A DNA stretch of 32,000 nt from Candidatus Saccharimonadota bacterium. GTDB taxonomy: Bacteria > Pseudomonadota > Gammaproteobacteria > Enterobacterales > Enterobacteriaceae. Both the position numbers and the translations under genes were made by a program. Position 1 is the stretch's first letter. Every line of letters begins with the position of its first letter. Below are positions 19,283 to 29,604 of this stretch, in pieces. The stretch lies in assembly GCA_041941795.1 (NCBI GenBank), contig CP145872.1, positions 450,001 to 482,000 of the forward strand, in the 5' to 3' direction. The notes under the pieces are model-generated. The model saw only the letters and a program-made list of their open reading frames with translations, was not told the origin of the DNA and did no database searches.

Positions 19283-19491
19283 AAGTGGAATAATTTCCTT
19301 TGAAGATATTGAGCACTTATTAAAAGTAGAAAAATGGTAGTTTGATGTAATAGAAATAATTATTTCTTTGGTAAGAATTTATTTGATTCGCAATAATATT
19401 TTCGGGCAGTAAAATTATGTAGTGCTAAAAAGCATGTTACAAAAAAATATTTTTTTGCCCTTAGTTTCTGATAACAAGTGAAGAAAAATAA

Positions 19492-20010
19492 TTAATTTTT
19501 TGTTTGTAAAACTGATGATTCCTCCCAGAGTTGTTGAAATTCTTTTTCATATTGAAAAGCAATATAAGGTGCATTATATAAGACAATAACATTTTCTGCA
19601 TTTTGTTTAGCCGCTGCTCTTGTATAATTATAGGATCCAGTTTGGACTATTTTATTATCTATAATCATAAACTTATTATGCATAATAGCATAATGATTAT
19701 TTAATCTTATTGATATTCCATGGTTGGCTAAAAAAGTAAGAGCAGTATATCTATTGTTAGCTTTGTGATCTGCAATAATTCGTATTATTACCCCACGTTT
19801 CTGAACTGCAAGTAATGCTAAACTTATAGGTTTACTAGTAAAAGAATAAGCAGCTATATCAATTTTACGCTGAGCTTGAGAGATGGACTGTAAAATCAGT
19901 TTTGATGCGGAAAGAGCTGGCGAAAATCCTACTTCTATATTTAGAGAAGAGGATATCAAGCCGACTACCAGTAAAAACAAAATAATACTTTTTTTGATTA
20001 TCATATTCAT
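19492..20010 (-). CDS. nuc: Secreted phospholipase-D-superfamily endonuclease (Nuc-like, single HKD motif)
   Basis: 172 aa. It has a signal-like N-terminus (KKSIILFLLVVGLISSS), then VGFSP, IDIAAYSFTSKPI..AL..A.KRGV..RII.D and the HKD motif HNKFMIIDNKIVQTGSYNYT..A...N.EN. The length and order match recalled Nuc of IncN plasmid pKM101. Confidence 0.85.
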   Translation of the reverse strand: MNMIIKKSIILFLLVVGLISSSLNIEVGFSPALSASKLILQSISQAQRKIDIAAYSFTSKPISLALLAVQKRGVIIRIIADHKANNRYTALTFLANHGISIRLNNHYAIMHNKFMIIDNKIVQTGSYNYTRAAAKQNAENVIVLYNAPYIAFQYEKEFQQLWEESSVLQTKN

Positions 20011-20012
20011 GA

Positions 20013-20282
20013 TATATAAATCTTAAGTTAAAAGTTATCTTAAAAGAAATAATTGGAAGATTATCATCTTCTATAATTACAAGGTATTCTTGTACCTTTT
20101 ATCGGATATCTATCATAGGTATAAGCAATGGTTCTTATTAGATTCATCATATCATATAAGCTTTCATTAAGATCGTATCATCGAGCATAGGCTCAAGATG
20201 TATAATGCCATTTTCTGAGAATAAAATTGGTCTGAAACAATTGATTAATAACTATTTTTATTCTATTGTCCCCCACACGTAG
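20013..20282 (+). pseudogene. mraZ: mraZ relic (about 270 bp, at least 3 in-frame stops, internal deletion)
   Basis: A single frame reads ..ILKEIIGRLSSSIITRYS..*..*..IGSRCIMPFSENKIGLK..*. Recalled E. coli MraZ has VNLDSKGRLSVPTRYRE and AGLTKEVMLVGQFNKFELW. GRLS and TRY are exact, and the NK..L spacing to rsmH (about 110 bp) is as in E. coli. It lies immediately upstream of rsmH on the same strand. Confidence 0.5.
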
Positions 20283-20328
20283 AAAGAGTAGTTTTTAAAT
20301 TAGTATCGAAAAAAAGAGATAAAAATAT

Positions 20329-21321
20329 ATGCTAAATTCGATCAAACATAATCCGGTGCTTCTAAATGAAGCAGTGAATGCTCTTAATATCAAAGATAAT
20401 GGAATCTACATAGATTGTACTTTTGGCAATGGGGGACATGCTAGAATGATATTAAATCGTTTGTCCTCGAAAGGGCAATTATATGCTATAGATCGAGATC
20501 CTCAAGCCATAGAAGCTTCGAAGTGTATTAATGATAATGATCCTCGTTTAACTATCATCCATGGTTGTTTTTCACGTATATCATCATATATGGAGGAAAG
20601 ACAATTAATAGGCCGCATTGATGGAATCCTCTTAGATCTGGGTCTGTCTTCAGGACAAATAAATAATGCCGATCGGGGATTTTCTTATTGGAACGATGGA
20701 CCCCTTGATATGCGAATGGATCCTACGCAAAGCTTATCAGCTGCTGCCTGGTTATTTAATGCTACTGAACATGATATTACTGTAGTTTTAAAAAATTACG
20801 GAGAAGAGCGATTTGCACGACGCATTGCTCGGGCGATCATAAAACGACGTAATAATTATCCTATTACAAGAACAAAGGAATTAGTAGAAGTTATAACATC
20901 TCTTTGTCCTAAAAAATTTATTAAAAAACATCCCGCTCGCCGAAGTTTTCAGGCCATTCGAATATTCATCAATAACGAAATTACAGAACTACGAAAAGGC
21001 TTAGAAGGATCTTTAAAATGCCTGCGTTCTAGCGGACGTTTATCCGTGATTAGTTTTCATTCTTTAGAAGATCGGTTGGTAAAGTCTTTTATTCGTCACC
21101 AGAGTAGGTGCTGTTTCGTTTCAGATCCTAATCTTTACGGATATTTAATCCACGAAGATCGAAATTCAGGAATATTTTTTGGTTCCGGGGGAGGGTTATT
21201 GAAAGAAATTGGTAAAATCAAGCCTAGTCGAATGGAGATAGCTATGAACCATAGAGCCCGTAGTGCAATATTACGCAGCGCAGAAAGAACTGAGCAGGTG
21301 ATGATCAGTGAAAGTAGATAA
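20329..21321 (+). CDS. rsmH: 16S rRNA (cytosine1402-N4)-methyltransferase
   Basis: 330 aa. H.PVLLNEAVNALNIKDNGIYIDCTFG.GGH, YAIDRDPQAIE, IDGILLDLG.SS.Q....RGFS....GPLDMRMDP, YGEERFA.RIARAI and ISFHSLEDR.VK are collinear with E. coli RsmH/MraW. Confidence 0.95.
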   Translation: MLNSIKHNPVLLNEAVNALNIKDNGIYIDCTFGNGGHARMILNRLSSKGQLYAIDRDPQAIEASKCINDNDPRLTIIHGCFSRISSYMEERQLIGRIDGILLDLGLSSGQINNADRGFSYWNDGPLDMRMDPTQSLSAAAWLFNATEHDITVVLKNYGEERFARRIARAIIKRRNNYPITRTKELVEVITSLCPKKFIKKHPARRSFQAIRIFINNEITELRKGLEGSLKCLRSSGRLSVISFHSLEDRLVKSFIRHQSRCCFVSDPNLYGYLIHEDRNSGIFFGSGGGLLKEIGKIKPSRMEIAMNHRARSAILRSAERTEQVMISESR

Positions 21322-21540
21322 AAAATTCATAAAAATATTTACTCAAGAATTCTGCTATTATATTAACTTAATAAGTTCTTATGAAGAAATCATAAGAAAC
21401 TTAAAAAAGTAAAATGTTTATTTTCCAGAAAAAATCCTAAAAAAGCTATCTCTAAATAGTCACTTATTACTATCAATAATTACTCTGGATCTATCAACAG
21501 TTACTTTAATAGTAAAAACAATAACTCTAATGAAATAGTA

Positions 21541-23037
21541 GTGATAAATAATAATTTTTTAGATTACTTAGTGGCACCATGGATAAGTTCAGTGCCCCGT
21601 ATTTTTATACGGGAAATTCAACTAGATAGCCGATTAGTCCAACCGGGCGATTTATTTGTTGCTATCCCAGGCTATTTACTAGATGGACGTCAGTTTATTC
21701 CCCAAGCTATCGCGCAAGGAGGACAAGCCGTGATTACAGAAGCAGATCTGAACCGTAGGGACAAGAGTGAAATTTTATACGTACATGATAAGAAGATTCC
21801 CATCATATATTTAAAAAATTTATCTCATCATCTTTCGGAGATTGCAGCTCGTTACTATGGTCATCCAGGTAAAAAATTATCTATAGTTGGGGTTACAGGT
21901 ACTAATGGTAAAACTACGATTACAAACTTAGTTGCACAATGGGTCCAATTACTTGGAAAGAAAAGTGCAATTATGGGAACATTAGGTAACGGTTTATATG
22001 GACATCATCTTATTAAGACGAAAAATACTACTTCGTCAGCATTAGAAATTCAAAAAATATTAAACTTGTTAGTTGAACAAGGAATCCAAGTTGCCGCCCT
22101 AGAAATTTCTTCGCATGGTTTATCTCAACATCGCGTAACATCAGTACCCTTTGCAGCTGTAGTGTTCACTAACTTAAGTCGTGATCATCTCGATTATCAT
22201 GGTACTATGCACTCTTATAAAAAAGCAAAATGGTTATTGTTCTCCGAACATCAGAGTAAAAATATTATCATTAATGGCGATGATGAAGTTGGACGATCTT
22301 GGTTATCTATATTACCCGATGCGGTAATAGTTTCTATTAATCAACACAGTTATAAAAAAAAGCGATGGCTTAAGGCAACTAAAATTAATTTTTTTAATTA
22401 TCAAGAAACTCAAATTCAATTTCAATCTTATTGGGGAAAGGGGCAAATAAAGAGTCATTTAATGGGATCTTTCAATGTAAGCAACTTATTATTAGCACTT
22501 ACTACTTTATTAACATTAGGTTACTCACTAGATCAATTGATAGAGACATCTGCTTCTTTAAAACCAGTGAAGGGACGAATGAATATGTTTCATGTGAAGG
22601 GAAAACCGAAAGTAATTATAGATTATGCACATACACCTGATGCTTTGAAACAGGCGCTTATATCTGCACGAATGCAGCTAAGATGTAAGTACTTATGGTG
22701 TGTTTTTGGTTGTGGAGGAGAACGGGATCAAGGCAAGCGTCCTATTATGGGAAGTATTGCTGAAAATTTTGCTGATAAAATCATCATAACTAATGATAAT
22801 CCTCGTTATGAGGATCCAAGAGTTATTATAAATGATATTTTAAGAGGAATGAAGTTATCATCAAAAGTTAATATTATACTTAATCGAGCGCTAGCTGTAA
22901 CCAAAGTAGTTCAATTAGCACATGAAGATGATGTTATCTTGATAAGTGGCAAAGGTCATGAAAATTATCAGTTAGTGAAAAATCACCGAATTAATTATTC
23001 TGATCTGGAGCTCGTAACAAGACTTTACGAAAGATAA
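21541..23037 (+). CDS. murE: UDP-MurNAc-L-Ala-D-Glu:meso-DAP ligase
   Basis: 498 aa with a GTG start. [83 protein letters not shown] and GKGHE.YQ are present. Confidence 0.95.
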   Translation: MINNNFLDYLVAPWISSVPRIFIREIQLDSRLVQPGDLFVAIPGYLLDGRQFIPQAIAQGGQAVITEADLNRRDKSEILYVHDKKIPIIYLKNLSHHLSEIAARYYGHPGKKLSIVGVTGTNGKTTITNLVAQWVQLLGKKSAIMGTLGNGLYGHHLIKTKNTTSSALEIQKILNLLVEQGIQVAALEISSHGLSQHRVTSVPFAAVVFTNLSRDHLDYHGTMHSYKKAKWLLFSEHQSKNIIINGDDEVGRSWLSILPDAVIVSINQHSYKKKRWLKATKINFFNYQETQIQFQSYWGKGQIKSHLMGSFNVSNLLLALTTLLTLGYSLDQLIETSASLKPVKGRMNMFHVKGKPKVIIDYAHTPDALKQALISARMQLRCKYLWCVFGCGGERDQGKRPIMGSIAENFADKIIITNDNPRYEDPRVIINDILRGMKLSSKVNIILNRALAVTKVVQLAHEDDVILISGKGHENYQLVKNHRINYSDLELVTRLYER

Positions 23038-23041
23038 AATA

Positions 23042-24421
23042 ATGATACCTATTACATTATTTCAAATAGCTAATATTATTGATGGAAAAATTATGGGTTG
23101 GACTCTTAGGAAGAGTGACCATATCTATACAATATTAACGGATACACGACAATCTGCAACATCAGCTCTTTTTTTTGCCTTAAAAGGAAAGAATTTTGAT
23201 GGCCATAATTTTATTACCGAAAATATTCAAAATAATGGTGTTAAGGCAGTAGTGGTAAGTCGTCTTCTTTTAAGTATCAAGTTACCACAAATTGTCGTTT
23301 CTGATACCATCCTAGCTCTGGGAAAACTAGCATCCTGGATTCGACAACAGCTCAATAGCACTAAGATAGTAGCATTAACCGGATCTTGTGGCAAGACTAC
23401 AGTTAAAGAAATGTTGCATGTTATATTAAGTCAATGTGGACCGACACTATCTACTTTGAGTAATATGAATAATAAAATAGGTGTGTCATTAACATTGTTA
23501 AAATTAAATCCAAAATATGCTTTTGGCGTTATTGAATTAGGGGCTAATCACCCAGATGAAATTGCTTATACAGTAAAGTTAACAAAACCGGAAGTGGTAT
23601 TAGTGAATAATATATCGTTATCACACTTAGAGTATTTTGGATCTTTGAGTGGAGTAGCACGGGCCAAAGGCGAAATATTTACCGGATTAAAAAATAATGG
23701 GATAGCTATTATTAATAATGAAAATAATAATTTTTTCACTTTGTGGAAAAAAATGCTTCATAATAAGGTAGTATGGCGTTTCTCTATGAAGAAAAAAACT
23801 AATAGTAATTTTTTTGCTTCTAATATTACTTTAAATACTTTTAGTACTTCGTTTACCATCCATACTCCGTTAGGAGTAGTGGATGTGCATCTGTCCTTGT
23901 TAGGTATGCATAATATTGCGAATGCTATAGCAGCCACCGCTTTAGCTACTGCAGTGGAAGTACCATTAGCAAAAATTCGACAGGGATTATCTATGGTCCA
24001 AGCATTTCCGGGACGAATGTATCCAGTTTTTTTAGATAAAGATAAAAATAAGTTACTGTTAGATGATAGCTATAATGCTAATGTGGGATCTATGAATGCC
24101 GCAGCTTTGACTTTAGCTAAAATGCCCGGATATTTAGTGATGGTAGTAGGAGACATGGCTGAATTAGGTGTTCATAGTGTGAAATATCACCAGATAGTAG
24201 GAGCTACAGTACATAATATAGCAGAAATTAATAAAGTAATTAGCATCGGAACATTGAGCAAAAATATTAGTCGTTTTCATTCTAGTGGAGAACATTTTGA
24301 TAATCCAATTAAATTAATTCAACGACTCAAAATGTTGCTTCACACATATAATAAAATAACGATCTTAATCAAAGGTTCTCGCAATGCGGGTCTGGATTAT
24401 ATTATAGAGACCTTAAAATAA
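23042..24421 (+). CDS. murF: UDP-MurNAc-tripeptide:D-Ala-D-Ala ligase
   Basis: 459 aa. DTRQ......FFALKG..FDGH.F, LTGSCGKTTVKEM, ELGANH.DEIAYT, NNIS.SHLE.FGS, GMHNIANA.AA.ALA, DDSYNAN and GDM.ELG are typical MurF motifs, and it follows murE. Confidence 0.93.
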   Translation: MIPITLFQIANIIDGKIMGWTLRKSDHIYTILTDTRQSATSALFFALKGKNFDGHNFITENIQNNGVKAVVVSRLLLSIKLPQIVVSDTILALGKLASWIRQQLNSTKIVALTGSCGKTTVKEMLHVILSQCGPTLSTLSNMNNKIGVSLTLLKLNPKYAFGVIELGANHPDEIAYTVKLTKPEVVLVNNISLSHLEYFGSLSGVARAKGEIFTGLKNNGIAIINNENNNFFTLWKKMLHNKVVWRFSMKKKTNSNFFASNITLNTFSTSFTIHTPLGVVDVHLSLLGMHNIANAIAATALATAVEVPLAKIRQGLSMVQAFPGRMYPVFLDKDKNKLLLDDSYNANVGSMNAAALTLAKMPGYLVMVVGDMAELGVHSVKYHQIVGATVHNIAEINKVISIGTLSKNISRFHSSGEHFDNPIKLIQRLKMLLHTYNKITILIKGSRNAGLDYIIETLK

Positions 24422-24433
24422 GGAGTAACATTT

Positions 24434-25510
24434 ATGTTATTCTGGATACTGACAAAAATGACAGATGGACAAAATATAACCTTTCTAAATTTTAGATCTA
24501 TTTTTAGTTTTCTGACAGCCTTCTTTATTTCTATTTTTATGATGCCATCCTTCATAAAAACATTAAAAAAATTACATCTTAATCAAATTATCCGTCTGGA
24601 GGGTCCTAAGACTCATTTAAATAAGTACGACACACCTACTATGGGAGGAACGATAATTTTAATATCTATTCTCCTTACCGTATTACTTTGGTCGCAGTTA
24701 TCTAACTCTTATATTTGGTGTATATTATTTGTATTAATAGGCTATGGTGTTATAGGATTTATTGATGATTACCGAAAACTATCACGTCATAATACCCAAG
24801 GTTTAAGTGCGCTCTGGAAATATTTTTGGCAATCTATAATCACAGGTATGATAATTGGGTTGATGTGGTGGATTGATAAAAATCAAATTCCAATCACGAA
24901 TATAATGGATCCTGATTTCAGTAATTTTTTTACTTCCGTGGGAATAATATATGTCTTAATGATTTATTTTGTTCTTATTGGGACTAGCAATGCGGTGAAT
25001 CTCACCGATGGCTTAGATGGATTAGCTATTATGATCCTAGTATTGGTATCTTCAGCTTTTGCTTTAGTAGCATGGGCGACTGGTAATGTAACTATGGCAA
25101 GTTATCTCCATCTTTCTTACTTACAGTATGCTAGTGAAATAGTAATAGTTTGTACTGCCATTATGGGAGCAGGATTAGGTTTTTTGTGGTTTAATACATA
25201 TCCTGCTCAAATCTTTATGGGAGATGTTGGATCTCTGCCATTAGGAGGTCTATTAGGAATAATTGCAGTACTATTACGAAAAAAATTATTGCTCTTCATC
25301 ATGGGTGGAGTATTTGTTATAGAAACTATTTCAGTCATTATTCAAGTAGGATGGTTTAAATTACGAGGAAAACGATTTTTTCTTATGGCTCCACTCCATC
25401 ATCATTATGAATTGAAAGGATGTCCGGAACCTCGGATTATTGTAAGATTTTGGATTATATCATTAATAATGATTATTATAGGAATAGCAACTATAGGGAA
25501 AGTACCTTAA
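24434..25510 (+). CDS. mraY: Phospho-N-acetylmuramoyl-pentapeptide transferase
   Basis: 358 aa, polytopic. [77 protein letters not shown] are nearly collinear with E. coli MraY. Confidence 0.96.
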   Translation: MLFWILTKMTDGQNITFLNFRSIFSFLTAFFISIFMMPSFIKTLKKLHLNQIIRLEGPKTHLNKYDTPTMGGTIILISILLTVLLWSQLSNSYIWCILFVLIGYGVIGFIDDYRKLSRHNTQGLSALWKYFWQSIITGMIIGLMWWIDKNQIPITNIMDPDFSNFFTSVGIIYVLMIYFVLIGTSNAVNLTDGLDGLAIMILVLVSSAFALVAWATGNVTMASYLHLSYLQYASEIVIVCTAIMGAGLGFLWFNTYPAQIFMGDVGSLPLGGLLGIIAVLLRKKLLLFIMGGVFVIETISVIIQVGWFKLRGKRFFLMAPLHHHYELKGCPEPRIIVRFWIISLIMIIIGIATIGKVP

Positions 25511-26835
25511 ATGAATTATAAAAAAAAAATATTATCATCCTTGGAATAGGGCTCACCGGAATCTCATGTCTTGATTTTTTTTTATCGCGTGATATATCAC
25601 CTCGGGTGATAGATACTCGAGCTCATCCCCCAGAAGTTAATAAGTTACCAAAAAAAGTAGAATACTATTGTGGTTGTTTAAACAGAAAATGGTTACAGTC
25701 CACAGACATGATAGTAGTAAGTCCGGGCATCAGTATCATGCATCCATTTCTTCAAGAAGCATTAGCTCATGGTATAGAAATAGTCAGCGATATTGAATTA
25801 TTTTGTCGAGAAGCACGATTTCCTATTGTGGCGATTACTGGTACTAATGGTAAAACTACTGTATCCACTTTAATTGCAGATATAGCTAAGTCTTATGGGT
25901 ATTATACGGGACTAGGGGGCAATATTGGGTTCCCAGCTCTCAACCTTTTACTCGAACCCTATGAACTTTATGTATTAGAGATCTCTAGTTTTCAACTAGA
26001 AACGATACAGAGTATACAGAGTGTGGCTGCAACTATTTTAAATATTAGTGAAGATCATCGAGATCGTTACCCTCTTGGATTTCATCATTACCGTGATACA
26101 AAATTACGCATTTATGAACAATCTGACGTTTGTATTTATAATGCCGAAGATAAGAACACACACCCTAAACGAAGTTCTTTACAAAAATCTGTAAGTTTTG
26201 GTAGGAGTAAAGGTAATAATAACTATTATCTAGATAGATCTTCGTCGGGTAGTATTTGGCTACATGTCAATGGTAACAAATTGTTAAATACAAAGAATAT
26301 CCAGTTACGAGGAGAGCATAATTACATGAATGTTTTAGCAGCCCTAGCAGTAGCAGACGTGTTAGGAGTGCCCCGTAGTGTGAGTTTAAAAACTATTTCT
26401 AATTTTACTGGGTTGCCGCATCGATATCAGTTAATTTGGGAAAAAAATAGTATTCAATGGATAAATGATTCTAAGGCTACTAATGTAGGGAGTACAATAG
26501 CTGCTCTGAAGGTGACGAGAAAAATAAGAAGCGGAATAATTTATTTACTCTTGGGAGGAGATGGAAAATGTGCTGATTTTAGTCCTCTTAAAGAGTATTT
26601 ACAAGATCGAATACAAGTATACTGCTTTGGCAGAGATAAAGAGAGATTATCAACATTATATCCAGAGATAACAATCAAAACAAACACTCTGATCGAAGCT
26701 ATGCACTTACTTGCTAAGAAATTAAAACCGGGTGATACGGTACTTTTATCTCCTGCCTGCTCTAGTCAAGATCAATATTCTAATTTTCGTCAACGTGGTA
26801 ATCTATTTACTTCTTTAGCTAAAGAGTTAGGATAA
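25511..26835 (+). pseudogene. murD: UDP-MurNAc-L-Ala:D-Glu ligase MurD. The first 6 codons are out of frame with the rest because of an A10 run; one extra A would give a 441-aa protein. It is possibly functional via transcriptional slippage.
   Basis: ATG 25511 directly abuts the mraY TAA. MNYKKK is followed by a stop after 12 codons. The other frame reads [31 protein letters not shown] (Rossmann GxGxxG, compare E. coli [31 protein letters not shown]) and continues through [46 protein letters not shown] and LLSPACSS.DQ..NF..RG. The frames can only join in A10 25520-25529. Confidence 0.9.
25520..25529 (+). repeat. A10 homopolymer at the murD frameshift
   Basis: Counted directly: atgaattatAAAAAAAAAAtatt. 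Confidence 0.95.
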
Positions 26836-26965
26836 TTGCAGTAGACATAGTTAATTAATTTTTTTATCCAACATAATATTTTTTTACTTTTGGGGCGGGT
26901 AGAATCCTGTTTCTATTCTATACTTAAGATCATCAACATATCTAAGAAAAATTAGATAAAAATCT

Positions 26966-28051
26966 ATGAATGAATTTTCTTCTCGATTATTAATAATAGG
27001 TGGTGGAACAGGCGGACATATATTTCCCGGAATAGCAATAGCTCACTATCTTATGAAGAAGCAATGGAAAATTCTCTGGCTAGGGTCATCTGATCGTATG
27101 GAATCTACGCTAGTACCCCAACATAATATTGATATTGAAATTATTAATATGAATTTAATCAGAAAAAAAGGATTGAAGTATTACTTACCTGGTTTAGTCC
27201 AATTAGGAGGGAACCTCATTAAATCTTTGAATATAATTAAAACTTGGAAACCGGATGTAGTATTAGGGATGGGAGGTTATATTTCCGGTGCAGGAATTGT
27301 AGCAGCTTGGTTATATGATATTCCGATAGTTATACATGAACAAAATCGTATTGCAGGATTAACAAACCGATGGTTAGCCAAAATCTCGCGATATGTATTA
27401 CAGGGGTTGCCAGGAGATTTAAATAATGCTCTGGTAGTAGGTAATCCTCTTCGAAATGAAATTCGCAACATTGTTTCACCTGAAGTAAGATTTTTAGGTC
27501 GCGAAAATCTTCCTCTAAGAGTATTAGTAATGGGAGGTAGCCAAGGATCGCAAATCCTAAATAATATTATTCCACAAGTTGCAATGATTTTAGGATCTAA
27601 AATTACTGTATGGCATCAGGTAGGATCCTGGTTTTTAACCAAAACGATGATAAAATCGTATCAAGAAAAATATGAAACTTCATATCGAATTAGTGAATTT
27701 ATTTCTGATATAGCAGAAGCTTATAGTTGGGCGGATATAGTTATTTGTAGATCTGGGGCATTAACTGTAAGTGAAATATCGGCGGTAGGTTTACCCGCTA
27801 TTTTTGTACCTTTTCCACATAAGGATCAACATCAATACTGGAATGCAGTATTGCTAGAAGATATTGGTGCTGCTAAGATTATAAAGCAATCATATTTTAC
27901 AGCTTCGAGAGTAGCTGCTCTGTTAGAATCTTTTGACCGAAGACAACTCTTACGGATGGCTTTATTAGGAAGATCCATAGGTATTATGAATGCTACAGAA
28001 AAAATAGCTGATATAATAGAAAGAGCGGCGCTTTCTGATAAGAAAAGATAA
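26966..28051 (+). CDS. murG: UDP-GlcNAc:undecaprenyl-PP-MurNAc-pentapeptide GlcNAc transferase (lipid II synthase)
   Basis: 361 aa. GGGTGGHIFPG.A.AH.L, KPDVVLGMGGY.SG.G..AAW, HEQN.IAGLTN.WLAKI, GGSQG, CRSGALTVSEI.A.GLPA.FVPF.HKD.HQYWNA are collinear with E. coli MurG. Confidence 0.95.
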   Translation: MNEFSSRLLIIGGGTGGHIFPGIAIAHYLMKKQWKILWLGSSDRMESTLVPQHNIDIEIINMNLIRKKGLKYYLPGLVQLGGNLIKSLNIIKTWKPDVVLGMGGYISGAGIVAAWLYDIPIVIHEQNRIAGLTNRWLAKISRYVLQGLPGDLNNALVVGNPLRNEIRNIVSPEVRFLGRENLPLRVLVMGGSQGSQILNNIIPQVAMILGSKITVWHQVGSWFLTKTMIKSYQEKYETSYRISEFISDIAEAYSWADIVICRSGALTVSEISAVGLPAIFVPFPHKDQHQYWNAVLLEDIGAAKIIKQSYFTASRVAALLESFDRRQLLRMALLGRSIGIMNATEKIADIIERAALSDKKR

Positions 28052-28108
28052 CTATTTATTTCTGAGAAAGAACAGTCATTAACCAATACGGAATAATTAC
28101 AAAAATCA

Positions 28109-29569
28109 TTGTCTAAATTTCGAAATATACGTTTAAATTGGACTTTATTAAGATCCTCACAAAAATATATCCACTTTATAGGTATCGGAGGTTCGGGCAT
28201 GGGATCTCTAGCGGCAATACTAGTACGGGAAGGATATCTAATCAGTGGGTCAGATCTGCAACATAATGCGATGACAGCACAACTAATCTCCCTAGGAGTC
28301 ACTCTTTATTTTACTCATGATTCCTCCCATGTTCAACAAGCATGTATAGTGGTGATTTCTACAGCTATTGATCATAATAATCCAGAGATAACGGCTGCTT
28401 ATGAAGCACATATACCTGTAATAAGACGAGCACAAATGCTCTCCGAGTTAATGCGTAATCGATATAGTATTGCGGTTGCTGGATCCCATGGTAAAACTAC
28501 TACTACTGCTCTATTAGCTACTATATACAACAAAGCCGGATTAGATCCTACATTTATTAATGGTGGAATATTGAAGGAAACTGGAACACCAGCTCATTTA
28601 GGATGCAGTAAATATCTAATCTTGGAAGCTGATGAAAGTGATGCTTCTTTTTTATATTTACGACCCATGGTAGCAGTTATTACTAATATTGATACTGAAC
28701 ATATGGATACTTATAAAGGAAAATTATCCAATCTTAAAGTAACTTTTATAAAGTTTTTGAATAATTTACCTGATTCGGGGCGCATAATTATATGCGTAGA
28801 TAATATAGCGATTAGACATATTTGGCCCAAGATTAAGCGTACCATTCAAATTACAACATATGGATTCAGTGAAGATGCGGACCTGCAGATTACTCATTAT
28901 AAACAAAAAAATCTAAAAAGTTATTTTCTTTTATTACGTAAAAAACAAACGAATCTTTCCATATGTTTAAATACGCCAGGACGGCACAATGCACTTAATG
29001 CAGCGGCTGCTGTGGCTGTAGCTACCGAAGAAGGAATAGCTGATTCTGTTATTTTACAATCCCTCTACTATTATCAGGGTACACTACGCAGATTTGATTT
29101 TCTTGGTGAATTTTTTCTTCACCAGTTTAATGGTAAAGCAGGGAGTGTGTTAATAATCGATGATTATGGACATCATCCTACGGAATTAGCTTCCACTATT
29201 CAAACGGTTCGTATAAGCTGGCCTCAAAAAAGAGTAGTAATGATATTTCAACCCCATCGTTACACGAGAACGCGTAATCTCTATAATGACTTTGTTTCGG
29301 TACTCTCCCAATTAGATCTTCTCTTCTTATTAGAAGTTTATTCTGCGGGTGAAACTCCCATTAATGGAGTTAATAGTAGTGCCCTATGTCATTCTATTAA
29401 TAGTCTAAATAAGAAAATAAAAGCCATTTTGGTGTCCACACATTCTGAGCTGATAAATTTGCTCTCTTCATTATTGAAGAATAATGATCTCGTTTTAATT
29501 CAGGGCGCTGGAAATATAAGAGAGATAGCTGATCTTCTTATTACTCACTTATTAACCAGATCGAAATAA
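28109..29569 (+). CDS. murC: UDP-MurNAc:L-alanine ligase
   Basis: 486 aa. [71 protein letters not shown]...[35 protein letters not shown] and FQPHR.TRTR.LY.DF are present. The tracked start is TTG 28109, so the start codon is uncertain. Confidence 0.95.
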   Translation: MSKFRNIRLNWTLLRSSQKYIHFIGIGGSGMGSLAAILVREGYLISGSDLQHNAMTAQLISLGVTLYFTHDSSHVQQACIVVISTAIDHNNPEITAAYEAHIPVIRRAQMLSELMRNRYSIAVAGSHGKTTTTALLATIYNKAGLDPTFINGGILKETGTPAHLGCSKYLILEADESDASFLYLRPMVAVITNIDTEHMDTYKGKLSNLKVTFIKFLNNLPDSGRIIICVDNIAIRHIWPKIKRTIQITTYGFSEDADLQITHYKQKNLKSYFLLLRKKQTNLSICLNTPGRHNALNAAAAVAVATEEGIADSVILQSLYYYQGTLRRFDFLGEFFLHQFNGKAGSVLIIDDYGHHPTELASTIQTVRISWPQKRVVMIFQPHRYTRTRNLYNDFVSVLSQLDLLFLLEVYSAGETPINGVNSSALCHSINSLNKKIKAILVSTHSELINLLSSLLKNNDLVLIQGAGNIREIADLLITHLLTRSK

Positions 29570-29604
29570 TTTTCTATATTTTTAGAACCATAGGAATTAA
29601 TTTT

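Noticed and set aside
19352-19457. Two perfect A/T-rich palindromes downstream of nuc: AGAAATAATTATTTCT (19352-19367) and CAAAAAAATATTTTTTTG (19440-19457). The second is bracketed by GGGCA (19404-19408) and TGCCC (19456-19460).
   Set aside because: The stems are almost pure A/T, there is no proper loop or trailing U-tract on the nuc strand, and such palindromes are common in approximately 70% A+T DNA. This is not enough to call a terminator or a binding site.
20241-20269. A sigma70-like pair, TTGATT with a 17-bp spacer then TATTGT, about 60 nt upstream of rsmH.
   Set aside because: Hexamers of this quality occur by chance many times in this AT-rich window, so I do not report it as a promoter without 5'-end data.
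27832-28302. A 156-codon minus-strand ORF spanning the murG 3' end, the spacer and the murC 5' end. This is unusually long for an antisense ORF in AT-rich DNA.
   Set aside because: It is entirely antisense to two strongly conserved genes, has no recognisable motif or ribosome-binding site, and its openness is explained by the codon composition of the sense genes. I treat it as spurious.
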